A DNA stretch of 63,242 nt, counting the filler, from Intoshia linei (taxonomy: Eukaryota; Animalia; Orthonectida): the NCBI GenBank assembly GCA_001642005.1. It is 4 parts of 4 records of this genome, joined end to end, with 100 filler letters (N's around TTAATTAATTAA, not from the genome) between each part and the next. Parts side by side here need not be neighbours in the genome. Positions count along the whole stretch, not along the records: positions 1 to 25,470 come from LWCA01000498.1; positions 25,571 to 46,901 come from LWCA01000653.1; 2 more parts are not named here. One strand, written 5' to 3'. The notes beneath the pieces were generated by a model, which saw nothing but the letters and a program-made list of their open reading frames with translations, was not told where the DNA came from and searched no databases. The translations under genes and the position numbers were made by a program. Shown here piece by piece: positions 13,560 through 29,700 of the stretch (position 1 is the stretch's first letter; each line of letters opens with the position of its first letter).

Positions 13560-15480
13560 TTTTTACAAAAAAGGCTAATTTGGGGTTTTGATCGTTAAAA
13601 TATAAGATTTTGAAATTAAAAATTATCATAATATTAATGAATTTAAAAACAAATGATAATTGTGGTTTTTAACTTTGAAGGACTCACTTTATGAAATTGA
13701 AATTTGCGATAAAACATCTCTCTAGAAAAACTGTTATAAGAATATCGAATTTGTAAAACTCGAATCCCTTTACTTTTTTAAATAAACTGGAACAAATAAA
13801 CAGAAATACATTTTAAACCACTTTACTTTATATAAGTAAGTAAAGACTATGTATTACGGGATTCAATATTTGTGGCGGTATTGCGACTCGCAATTTTTGA
13901 GTACACTTTAAAACACGTGGAGTAATTTTGGAAACAACTATGAAAACCAAAATTTTGTAAAAGGTTTGGCGGTATTGAGAATTGAGGATGCAGAGATAAC
14001 ACTATATGTCATGTAATATTATCAATATTATAGCAAGAATTATCGAATGATGATCAAATCAAATGAGCTTGCATCAGAGAATTCGAATCAAATATGAATT
14101 CGAAATAAATTATGAAACATGTATAAACTGGTTTAATATAAAAGTGAAGTTGCAGTTATCTATGAACGGTATCTGTGAACTGAACACTATATGTCTATTA
14201 GAGTGGTTCAAAAAATGTAAAATATCACTATTTAGAATGTATTTTTTGTCTGAAAGTAATAATTGGTGGTAAATTAAAACTATAAAAAATCGTTATAAAT
14301 AAAATGAATTCCAGAAAAATTTTTGAATACCAATAATACATACTTTTTTCGTGAAGTTGATCAAAAATTCATAATGAAGCAATGTTACCAACATTGAAAT
14401 AAATCTCAAAGTTATCGTAATAAAGTTACACTTAAGCTGATTCTAAATTTTGAAAGTTTTGAAAATGAGTAATTGCGTGGTAATGATAAAAAAGCATAAG
14501 GAATCAATTTACCAGATTGAAACCCATATTTCTGTATTTCAAATATGTATACGGTCAATTCCTAGTTTTTTTAAAGTTTTAAGATGAATATTTAAATTTT
14601 TACTTTTGATCCAAAAATTTGATAAATATCGGTTGATGACATATTAAAAGTTATTTTTGACCGGGAATACGTAGATTTCTGAGATTAAAATTTTGTATCT
14701 AGTTCAATTGGAATAAGCTGTATCAGATAATCTTTTTTTTTTAAATTTTAGGACTTAGTTATTGAATAATTTTCGTTTACTAAAATAGTTATCAAATAAA
14801 GAAAATCAATACTAAAGTCATTTTTTAACCGTGAAGGCGTCACTTCGTCAGATTGAAATTTTTTGTGTGTGTTAACAGGATATAACTGTATCATCCGTAA
14901 ATTTTTTTAAATTCTAGGGCTGTTTTCATTTAAAAAAAAGGTAATCTGGAGTTTTGATCGTGAAATTACACGTTTAAAATTTGAAATTGCGATTTACTAT
15001 AATATTAACCCTTTCACTGTCTGTGTATTCTATACTATACACAGCAATTTTACTTCACACATCTGTGTATTCTATGATATACACAGCATAATTTTGAAAA
15101 ACTTTATTCTTTTATTTTCATACATTTTCACATAGGTAATTTAAGAATAAGTTTAAATTAAGACATAAATTCCAGACGTGTGGTGATGCATCATAAAATA
15201 GTATTGGACCGTGAAAGGGTTAAGATGATTTTAAAAATTATATGGCAGTTTTCATCTTTAAAAAAGGGTATTTTGTGGTTAGACCATAAATCTGAAGTTT
15301 CTGAGTTGAGATTAACAATAATAATAATTCTAAAACGTCCAACAATTTATTTTTAAAAAAAAATTTAATTTCAATTTTTGAGACTGAAGAACTAAATTTA
15401 TGAAAACGAAATTTGCGATAAAACATTGCTCTCGAAAAACTGCATTAGATTTTGAGTTTTATAAATTCTAGAAATCTTAA
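13560..15480 (-). mobile_element. Helitron-like family fragments
   Basis: Shares sub-repeats and the tatataagtaag terminus with 17930-18575 and 53740-54663. Confidence 0.45.
15009..15219. mobile_element. piggyBac-type MITE (copy 2), nested in Helitron-like repeat
   Basis: Perfect TTAA target duplication and CCCTTTCAC/GTGAAAGGG TIRs. Internal duplication of tctgtgtattctat..acacagca. Confidence 0.85.
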
Positions 15481-15587
15481 TTTTTTAATTAAACTGTAAC
15501 ACACTTTGTTAAATAAATACATAAATTAATTTTTATAAAAGAAATGGAAAAATATACTAATATTACAGTACATATTGTACATTAATT

Positions 15588-18500
15588 TTAATCTTTTAAA
15601 ATATTATTATTGAATTTTTGAATGTTTTTTATCAGTGAAGATTCGATTGATAATTTGTTTTGGTCTGTTCTAACTTTTTTATCAATTCTTTTAATGTTTT
15701 CAGGTGTTTGAAAAATTTTGGTACGTCTATTCAATAAACGCCTGTCAATTTCTTCCAATTGCGGAATTAATTTTAATTCACTAGTTGTTTTGTTTAATGT
15801 TTTTAAATTTCTGGCTCCAGCGTAATCGGAAGGTTTTCGTTCCATTTCTATTTCTTTTTTGTTAATAACTTGTTCATTGTCAACTACTTTGGCATCGTCC
15901 TTGACATTTGTATTTTCGTTTTCTACATTATTGTTATCGGTTTTCTTTTTTGAATTATGGATTTTACGTGTTCGTTCAACTGCGCTGTTTGATACAAATA
16001 GTGGGAATAGTAGTGAACTTTCAACTGTTAATGATCTACCACAGTCGTATACGTCTTTGTCGTATTCCTTTAAACGATTTGTAATTATGTTTGACCTTAT
16101 TGGGTATAATGTTTTTTTTGGTAATAATCTTTCATAACGCAGCTTTGATAAGAGCTTGACTTCGTCTTCAAAGTGATTGTTTATGTATACCATTGGTTGA
16201 AATAAACTTGCTAGTTTTTTTTCCATCATTCTTTTCCATTTCATAGATGATTTTTCATTTATCTTTTGAGTTTTTAACCAACTAAAATTTTGTATTTGAA
16301 TTTACGAAAATTGATAAAATATACTTCAACTAGGTTGACTGTAATGTACTACATACAAACAGCACCAAGCTCTGCCGAGGGCACATTTTTATTATACTAA
16401 AAATTGAAAATCTAACTTAAAAATCCTACTATTCACTATTATCAATCCTTTAAAAGAGTAGTTCCCAAACTTGTTTCAGGTGGAATCTTCATATCACATT
16501 ACTTTTTACTTTAAAGTGAATTATTCCATCTTAATTTTTTTGTTAACATTTGCGTAAAGAATTTTAAAAACAATTGTTATCCAATTAATATTATAATATG
16601 TATAATATTAAAAATAAAGTAAAAACAGTCCAATCCTAAAAATTGTCAATTACAGTAGTTTCTCGTTAATAAATACAGCAATAAAACATCAATTTTTAAA
16701 TTGTTGCTGAGTGAAATAATTGCGCCAAATGAAAGTAAACTAAATTTAAATATCGTTCAACGTCTACTTATTTTGATTTGTTAATAGTTTATAAAACGAA
16801 GAATACTAATTAATTTATTGACTTAAATAAAAATTATATCCGATATTGATAACGGCAAAACACATCAAGAGGTATCTGATGACCATATCCGACCAAGAAA
16901 AAATATAATATCAATTTATCAAAACCGTGTTAGAATTTTATGTAAAACGGAGACAAGTAACAATACTTTAACCAACATTAAATCACTTAAATGGAAAAAA
17001 TATTTATATGGTTTTTAAGTCGTCGTAGAGTAAACGTTCCTTTATATTCGGAAATGTTTAAGTAAAAGTCTACAGAAATTATGGACAGCATTCGTCCTAA
17101 CGCAAATTTGAATATAGTGATTGTTGGTTATCAAAATTATTATTATCATTGGCTGAATTATCCAAATCTGACGAGGAACGACGAGATATGTCAATTTTTA
17201 TCGATAAACTAATCAAATATACAAAAACAAAGGAAATGCAATCAAATTTGCAAAATTTATAGTCTTAAATGTATATTAATTAATAAAAATTAAATGTATA
17301 TTTAATCTCAAAGTTTTCATTATAATTCATATACAGCAGGGTCGGCAACCTTTTAAATCTCGTGGGCCACTTTTTTACATCAAAAAATTATACGGATCCC
17401 GTTTTTGAAAATTTACACATGATACATTTCAAATAAAATTAATTTAAATATTCACTTGAAAAACAACCACAATTATACTGGTGGCACTAATTAGTTGTCG
17501 ATCCCTGATGTACATTGTACAATAAGGTGTCTCATGGTTATTTAGAAAAAATATCCTTAGGGCTTAAAATTATGGTATTACTAAAATAATAACTATTGTA
17601 AAATATTTTCGGCCAACTCCTAACGGTGAACTTAGCCTGGACATGGAAAACAATATTATAAAGTCGGTACCACGTTTAAAAACTCAAAAGCCAATGTCAG
17701 TTAAATTAACGTTCAGTTTTAATTTTGTAATATATATAGAAAACTTTAAATGGTCAGGCTATCTTCAATATTCGTTGAAATGCATTAATATTTTGGAAAT
17801 ATAATTTTTCATTTTTTTTGGGACACCTTATTGTACAATGTACATGAGTTACATTACTTATTAAGTCTATTTTTAAAATTTTCAGTTTAAAAGCAGATAT
17901 ACTTTAAAATCCAGAAGTAGAGTACGGTACAGTAAGACCGTTAATTATTGTAAACTTTTTGTTAATAAAATAGTTTCGAAATAAAAAAAATGAATATTAA
18001 AATACTTTTTTGAACGTAAAGACATCACCTATTCAGATTGAAATTTTTTGTGTGTATTAACAGAATACAACTGTAGCATGTGAATTTTTTTTAAAATTCT
18101 GGGGCTATTTTCATTTTTAAAAAAAGGGTAATCTGGGTTTTTGACAGTGAAAATTACCTTGTTTAAGCCAATCATTTATTATAATTCTTTTGATTTTAAA
18201 AACCATCCCAGAATTTATGTTGTATAAAATTATAAGACTTTCTTAATTTTTACAAAAAAGGGTTATTTGTCGTTTTGGCCGTGAAGATAAAAGATTTTCA
18301 AATTGAAAATTATCATAGTATTGATGAATTTAAAACTTTTTATTTGAATGTGTATTTTTTATAATTCTAAAACGGGTTTGATTTAAAAACAAAGGGAAAT
18401 TTGAGTTTTTAACCTTGAAGGACTCAATTTCTGAAATTAAAATTTGCGATAAAACATCACTCTGGAAAAATTGTTATAAGAATATGGAATTTGTAGAACT

Positions 18501-18952
18501 CTACTCACCTTACTTTCATAAATAAATAAACAAATAAACATAAATTTTAACTATTTTCCTGTATATAAGTAAGGATAAAAATAAAATTTTTTTTATATAC
18601 AGTACATTGTACTTTTTATATTCTTGGATCCATATCAAGTTTTTCAAAGGCCACTAATGCCAATTCTAATTTCAACAAACCTGTATTTGGAAACCGCTAA
18701 TACGGTTAATAAATGTAGTGTTTAATAAAAAGACCTGTCAAGATTTCTCGTTTCAATGCTTTTGCAATCTTTAATTTTTCCCATAAATTCAAGCAATTCA
18801 AGTCTAGTTTGATCATTAAACAATTGTCGCCTAGCCATTTCCCGATGAATATAGGTATTAAGTTCCTTCGACCTGAGATTGCTTTTATTATTTTTATTAC
18901 GGATCATCCTCGTATAAGTCGGTCTATTAATACCCGGTTGATTCTTTTTCAT
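15588..18952 (-). CDS. Orphan ~322-aa basic/coiled-coil protein; exons 18952-18735, 18696-18681, 18653-18613, 16281-15588
   Basis: GT-AG introns of 38, 27 and ~2330 nt join the 76-aa and 218-aa ORFs in frame (969 nt): ...ETRNLD-S-GFQIQ-WPLKNLIWIQEYK-NWLKTQKINEKSSMKWKRMMEKK... Confidence 0.55.
16653..17300 (+). mobile_element. pogo/Tigger transposase remnant
   Basis: TA|CAGTAGTTTCTCGTTAAT end. Frameshifted CENP-B-like HTH peptide IISDIDNGKTHQEVS...IISIYQNRVRIL. Confidence 0.55.
17337..17507 (+). mobile_element. hAT MITE family B (copies also at 31014-31245 and 40311-40611)
   Basis: CAGGGTCGGCAACC...GTTGTCGATCCCTG ends, with a shared internal sequence in three copies. Confidence 0.7.
17508..17845. 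mobile_element. MITE with ~26-bp TIR ATGTACATTGTACAATAAGGTGTC; related copy at ~57926-58170
   Basis: Inverted termini visible at both ends. Internal sequence is shared, inverted, with 57946-58170. Confidence 0.7.
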
Positions 18953-19723
18953 ATTATGGGTTTATAATTATGACAATCTGCTATCTAATTTTATTCGAAA
19001 AAAGCATGTATTACTTGTCAATTCATGCATATTGAGACTATGAATTGACTAATCACAAAAAAATTATACAATTGTATAAAAATTGTCTGTGAAAGTAAAT
19101 TACAATACAACATTTAAATATGCATTAAGATTAAGATTTATGATTTTATGCATACAAACTTAATCAAATATAGCATAAATGTGATTTGAACTCTCAAGTT
19201 GAGATCCAAAACTGTCTTGATCAAAATTATTCAAGCTGATTTAATTTATAAATCAAAGAATAACGAATCATGTTAGAAATTTTACATAATTTTACAATAT
19301 CCAAAATCAAACCGAAACTAAATAAAATCAAACCAAATCAAACCAAAACAAAACCATCCTTTTCAAAATGAAATTTACATAAAATGTATAAATGCAAAAT
19401 TTTGTGTAACGATTGCTACACGATTCGCAAATTACGAAATAAAATGAAACATACAGTAAAGTTTTGTTTTATTGATAATTTCTGTAGTAATGATTTGTAA
19501 AATTACTACAACAACATTTGTTGATATGCTTGTTACAACGTTCTCATTTAGTTATTTGTCATAAATCTCCATTTACATTGAAAAACAAGATACAATTTTA
19601 CTTTTCAATACATTAAAAACTTGTATTCGAAAGAATTTATCCATAATGTTTGATTTTAACTAGTTAATGTAAAGGTATGTTAAATTTTTTTTTACAATTA
19701 ATTTGTGATAGATTAACTAAAAA

Positions 19724-23527
<3,804 letters not shown>

Positions 23528-23623
23528 ATTTTATTTCGAGTTGCAATATTGTAAATAAATTTTTAAAAATAATTATCTTTTTAATTTACTAGATTCACAA
23601 TATATGTTCAAAAAATTTATAAA

Positions 23624-24552
23624 CTAGTGTCTTCGACCTCTGGAATTTGATCGGGATCGTCGTCTAAATAATTATGAACGTTTCATCTTTTCTATACATA
23701 CCTATATCTTCGAGCATTTTTATGACATCTACGTAAAATATTGGGTGAAACTGGTTTAATGTGCATGAAATTGCAAAAACCACCTCTAGTGCATTCCCTA
23801 AAATGGTTAACTTTTAAAACAATTTAAAAACCCTGCATCATATTGTCTACAGCAAGCTTCACGGAAATCAGTGACTGGAGATAATTCGCAATTTAAAGCA
23901 CGCCCGTTAAACCATCGATCGTTGAGCGTTGTAACAGCCTTTTCAGCACCTTCTTCAGTTACATACTATAAAACTTTTATTTAAACTTTTAACCGTTTAC
24001 CTTGACATAAACATTTCCGACTAAATGATCACCCAAGTTGTCACACACGTTTAATTCTTCCAATTCTCCGTATTTTAATAATTCAACATAAACTTCTTCA
24101 TAAAAATCGTCGTAATGTTTTTGGACTTCCATTTCACTACCCATAAGATTTGTCGTGATAACTATTAAACAGATTAATATTAAAATGAGTAAATTATACT
24201 CAAAGATCCTTCTACGGCTTGCATAGTGTTTTGAGGGTTAAGGTACATGTTTTGAATCATTACTGTCTAAATATATTAATGTATGTTGCAAATTGCAATT
24301 TATTCCGCTATTATCCAAAAAACGACAATATAATACAATAAATATGGTTGATAATATTATATTAAATATACACACCTGACTAAAGGTAGGCTTATTATGT
24401 ATTCGTGAACATCTATCACCGTGTCTACAGGCACCAATTTTGAAATAAAATGAACAGTTTACTCTATAATTATAGCATAATATTTGTAATCAATTAACTC
24501 ATTATTACTTATCTTTTTCTGTACCAAAAATGGATGCCAAATATTCTGCCAT
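23624..24552 (-). CDS. U2AF1: Splicing factor U2AF small subunit; exons 24552-24509, 24463-24376, 24266-24200, 24161-24001, 23965-23832, 23797-23702, 23663-23624
   Basis: [38 protein letters not shown] ([22 protein letters not shown]), ZnF2 [20 protein letters not shown] and a short RS tail [13 protein letters not shown]. Confidence 0.97.
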
Positions 24553-24843
24553 TCAATTGAAATATAAATTCTTCCTTAACAATAAATAAACTATCTTTTC
24601 AAGTTGAATTAATTACAAGTGTACTTTATTATATTTATTATGCAGTATTTCTCGAGCTAAAAGAAACATTTGTTTGAGATGAGGATACAGATAAACAAAT
24701 TTTTAGACTTTTATTGGAAAAGTTTAGTTTTGATTTATGATGGTTACGGTTAAGATAAAGCATATTAAGATGAATCAGTTAAAATAATGACACAAATATA
24801 ACGATTGGCAGATAAGAACTGATAAATTCATCTTAAATAAAAA

Positions 24844-24920
24844 GATGTCCAAATCTTGATTCGAACGTAGCCACGCAGAATACAATTATATGACTATAAC
24901 CACTCTGCCTGTTAGACATC
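24844..24920 (-). pseudogene. tRNA pseudogene or tRNA-derived SINE head
   Basis: GATGTCTAA/TTGGACATC acceptor-like stem, A-box-like GGCAGAGTGG and B-box GTTCGAATC. The anticodon and T stems do not pair. Confidence 0.4.
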
Positions 24921-24978
24921 ACAAGTGAGTTATATCAAAAGTATATATTCGAATCTCGATTAGTATGATAGCGATATA

Positions 24979-25470
24979 TAGGGCTCTCAAAAAACCGAAA
25001 ATTTTAAAACCGATTTTATTCGACTATCATTTATTATAAACCGGTTTTCAAAATTTTTAAGGACATAAATCCAAAGGAGACACAAATACAGTACTATTTA
25101 TTGTCACAAAAAAACAATCTTAATCTTCTTAATCCTTTAAAAATTTAATTAACCTTGAGAACTTGCTGGATGATCCACATCTTTTTAAAAACGATATTTT
25201 AAGAAACACAATGCATTGAGCGTTTTACTAGACAGACTTGTTCTAATGTTTGTATTGAATAATCCTGTAATTGAAAAAGCTCTTTCTGACTGGATGCTGG
25301 TCGCTTTGATTGTAAGCAATGCTCTATAAATTTTCTCAAGGCTTTTGCTTTTATTTAAAATTCCTTCAAAATATTTCAATTCTTTGGAGATTTCAAATTC
25401 ACTTGTGTCTATCTTAATCTTAGTCTCTTCATTCAATTTCTTAATTGCCTTAGTATATTCTCGCATGAGT
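24979..25470 (-). mobile_element. 3' end of hAT transposon (C-terminal dimerisation domain)
   Basis: ORF 25185-25466 ...LLTIKATSIQSERAFSITG...RTSLS...LNALCFLK. TAGGG terminus with AACCG subterminal repeats; truncated by the gap. Confidence 0.85.
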
Positions 25471-25570
25471 NNNNNNNNNNNNNNNNNNNNNNNNNNNNNN
25501 NNNNNNNNNNNNNNTTAATTAATTAANNNNNNNNNNNNNNNNNNNNNNNNNNNNNNNNNNNNNNNNNNNN
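25471..25570. other. Artificial assembly spacer
   Basis: N44-TTAATTAATTAA-N44, exactly 100 nt, with stops in all frames. Confidence 0.95.
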
Positions 25571-25979
25571 AAAACAGAAAAATTAAAATCTTGGTTATTT
25601 ATTCGAATCCTTTTGTTGTTTATAAAATTTTATTACATAATTAATTAAATAGAACTATCAGTAAATATTCGTAAAAATATAATGATTTACAATAGTTACA
25701 ATAAAAACGATTAATAATTTGTTGAAAAATTACGGTTTAAACGAGCAGCTATTTTTTTATTTAATATTAAGACCTGCGCTTTTGATTATCACAGTATTTA
25801 ATGTGATTTTAACTATTTTATTAATAACTTTTTTAATTTTAGTTTTTTCAAATATATTTTTATACGATGACATAATATTGACATGCTTATATGGCATGTT
25901 AATTTTCAAAAAAATATATTGACGAATAAGGAAGCTATGTCACAGTATTATATTGTCTTTAAAATTAGTGGACCGAGTG
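25571..25979 (+). mobile_element. Right end of Tc1-like element (same family as 50860-51743)
   Basis: Ends GTCTTTAAAATTAGTGGACCGAGTG|TA and matches the subterminal sequence of the 50860 element. Confidence 0.75.
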
Positions 25980-26713
25980 TATATCTATTTTAAAATCAAA
26001 AAAATTAAAAATTTTTTTAAAACCATCAATTTTAGATATCAGTAAAAATAAATATAAAGCTGTTACAACCATGTATTGAACCGCCACATTAATTAACAAT
26101 ATAATTACACCAATTTAAAGGTTCAAAGTCTCTCAATTGTTTTTTATCATTATCATTGTTGACCCTTTCAATAATTTTGAATTTCAGTTGAATATCAACA
26201 TTTTTGATTTTGCTTATTTCAATTAATAAATTAATTAGTTTTACATTAAAAACACGTGATTAAATCATATAAAAACAAACACATATAAAGACCTCTAAAG
26301 AGATATCAAAAAATTTGATAGCACTAAACCAAAATTATGAATGTGAATATTTGCACCTATACTTTTATAAAAAAACAAATATTTACAGAAAGGAAGATGT
26401 GAACTTGAGATTAACTATAGAGAAATTATGAAAAGTATAAAAAAAATTAAGTAACATAACACACATTGACGAATATACATTAACAAAAACGTCATTTACT
26501 TAAACCAAAATGATGATGAAGTAAAGATAAATTCATGACATTATCACATATATAACTAAACCAATTAAAACACCTGTATTGATTTAGCAAATTTTAAACT
26601 TTGAATGTGCTTTACAAGTTTAAAGAAATAACCAATATTTATATAATATACATACTTTATTTATATTGTTTAAATACCAAGTAAAATTTTAAATACAAAA
26701 AAAAACTGAATTT

Positions 26714-29700
26714 ATGCAACAGACGACAGATTCAGAATCAGTACACAATTTGAGTATATACGAAAAATCAGATACGTTCAATGAGTACAGAGATTCAATG
26801 GATTCTTTAAATGAATCTGGAAATGCAACCATAATTAATTCTAGCATTTCCACATTAAAGCTAAGTAAATCCATTACATCTAATAATACATCAAATCCAA
26901 CAGATTCAATGATATCTAATAATGACGATGCAAAACAGGATTCTAGTCCAAATATAAATAAAATCCTAAAAAAAAATACAAACGACAAAAATAAAGAAAA
27001 GAAAAATAAAAAGGAAAGTAAAAAAATTGATAAAGAAAAAGAAAAGCAAATGGAATTGGAAAAAAATAAAAACCTTCAAAAAACGCACATACTGCCTACA
27101 GATATTTTAAAAGGAAATAAAAAATTTACAAAATCAAAAAACCGTTCAATTAAAAAAAGACAAAAAAATGCATTTTCTGTAATGGATCTTAGCAATATTG
27201 AATTTACCGCTGGCGTTGATTATCAGCAATCAAAACATAAAGCTTCCAAAAACCCAAATATGGTGCGATTTTCACCAATTTCTAATTCAAATTCTGACAG
27301 TATGATTAAGCCGTCTGCCGTAAAAACTCGATTTAATCTTTTCAGACGAAATAATCGATCCAAATCTACCAACATTAATACTGTTAATCAAGTAATGAAT
27401 AATTTTGATTTTGCATTAAGCCCTGCAGGTCTCGCAAATCGACAATTTCAAAGGTATTTAGCTATTTGGTAAATTTTAATATATTTATGTGACTAGTCCC
27501 TCGATATCTTCATACAACTCATCATCTCCATATTTGTGTGGCAATAGAGACGAAATAGTTGAGGTAAATTATAATTGGATTTATTTCATTTATTGGTATT
27601 TATTAACTATACATGATCAATTTGTACCTGTTAATCAAAATTAAATAGTATTTTAGAAGTGGGATTTATTTAATTAACCCTTGATATTGGATTCAACCAA
27701 TGTCAAGTAATGAGATATTGCTTCTAAATTTTTGTTTTTGATAAATAGTAGAAACTGCCTACTAGGCGTTATTGATTTTAAGAGCCGTGTTAAATTGTAA
27801 AATTATGACTAAATCAATAAAAATTTTTTCTTAAATGGTAAATGTTTGTCAAATTTAGTATAACTGGGATATATAAAATTAAAATATAAATCAATACAAA
27901 TTATATAAATATACAACCGTAATATTGGTGAAAACTACTTTATTTTACTTTACTACTTTTTATTTTGATAACTTATAATAGACATCACAAAATTATGAAT
28001 ACTAGTGATTTCATTAAATATGAAGATTTATTCCTTTTTCGATCAAATTTTCCGTTGACAATAATGCATAATTTTCTTAAACCAACATTGATCAGCCCTA
28101 ACAACATACAGTGTATATTTAAAAAAACTCAACGATAATGAATTAAAAATTAGTTAATAATACTAACCATGAAATGAAAAAACATTATTAATTAAAAAAT
28201 CGATAATAAAAATTTATTTATACCCTTTATATATTTATCTATATTATTTATACAGACCGAATTCTTGCAATTTTTTAGGCCCACCGAATATATTAATCAC
28301 TAAAAAAAAATTTTATGGATTTTTCATATATAATTATTAGTTACATACGAGCTTATTAGAATATTGCCAATTTAAACTAAAACCTTTTAAATCAGTAGCA
28401 GCTTTGAAAAAAATTTAATTCAAGTTTTTTGGTGCTCGTCCTAGTTTAGACCAGACCAGACCAGTCTGATGTAATTTCATGATTTTAACATCGATGCAAT
28501 GTACTTAGTAAATACATTGGGTACTTAATTATAATAATACTTACATTAGGGATGTGAATTTTTAAAATTTTTAGCAAAAATTAAATAAAGCCACTACACG
28601 GGAAAGACAAGGTTGCCAAATGAACAATTCAGAAACAATTATATAAAAATGATTAAAAACGATTAAAAAAACCCTGATACAAAGTATTTAAATTTGAGTG
28701 ATGTTTGAATTCCTCATAATTAACCCCAAAAACAATAGATAAAATTCATTATAAAGTTTATAATTAACTTAAAATGAATTTCGCTAAAACCAAAATTAAT
28801 GAGTTAGAATTTATTTAAAAAAACAAAATGGTCCACAAACATGGTAAACCCATCAAAGGAATTGCAACCATGGCAATCAAAGCAAAGCTGATTATAAATA
28901 AAATTAAGTTATATTTTATATTTATCTTAACATTTTTTATCATTTTTAATAATTACATTTGAGGGCGGGGGGGTAAATATAAACCAATTTCAATTTTTTG
29001 ATAATTGTTTAAAACCAAAAAAGGCACCCACTTGAAGAACGGGTCTTTCTAATATAAAAAAGTAGACACCCTACTATGCATACTATCATATATCCCTAAC
29101 ATCCTCTCTAAAGTCCTTGAATTGATATATTACATTTATCTCATGGCGAGTTATAGAGTTGGCGAGTTGTGAAGAGAATACTATCTGTATTTATATTACC
29201 CAAAATAAGTATTGCTGAATGAGAAATACAATGGCTGGCCGCCACCTGCATCCACCTAGATCCGCTACTACTTCCAGCACTAATCATAATCACATCACCA
29301 ATTTTAAAAAAATATTAAATACATTTATAATGTTAAACCAGAGGTTCCCACACTTTTTTGGCGGCTCACCGGCAATAAATTATAAAATTTATCGCGGACC
29401 ATTAAAGCGAAATTGTTAGACAATCATAAAAAATTTTGATAAAAACGTAATGAATTGACTTCTAATTATTAAAACGTTTTCACGGACAAGTACTGGTCAG
29501 TGAACCGGCATTTGGGAAAGGTTGGATTAATTAATCTTTTCTCCATTATTTTATCATATACGTAAAAATTTCAAATTTTGCCGATTCATGATTCCGATTC
29601 CTTGGAATCGTAGCATCACTAATTTTGACGGCTCTAAAATTATGGTCTCTGTATTAAGTGCTATTTTAGTAACTTGTTGAAAATCCATTTCAGATATTTA

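Larger units (their letters stand above)
16330..18575 (-). mobile_element. Helitron-like element with three nested insertions, inside the large intron of the orphan gene
   Basis: 5' end (revcomp of tatataagtaagga) at 18575 and 3' CTAG|T at 16330. Interrupted by pogo (16653), hAT MITE (17337) and a TIR MITE (17508). Confidence 0.55.

Noticed and set aside
11668-16137. Antisense ORFs 11668-11958, 12526-12726, 15859-16137 (also 26689-26988, 43048-43893, 60456-60713, 62389-62625)
   Set aside because: Shadow frames of real CDSs with no motifs.
24844-24920. Functional tRNA or tRNA-Sec (9-bp acceptor stem)
   Set aside because: No UCA anticodon, no long variable arm, and unpaired anticodon and T stems.
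25515-25526. TTAATTAATTAA palindrome recurring three times inside N runs
   Set aside because: Identical 100-nt artificial contig spacer, not biological. It also makes cross-gap gene neighbourhoods unreliable.
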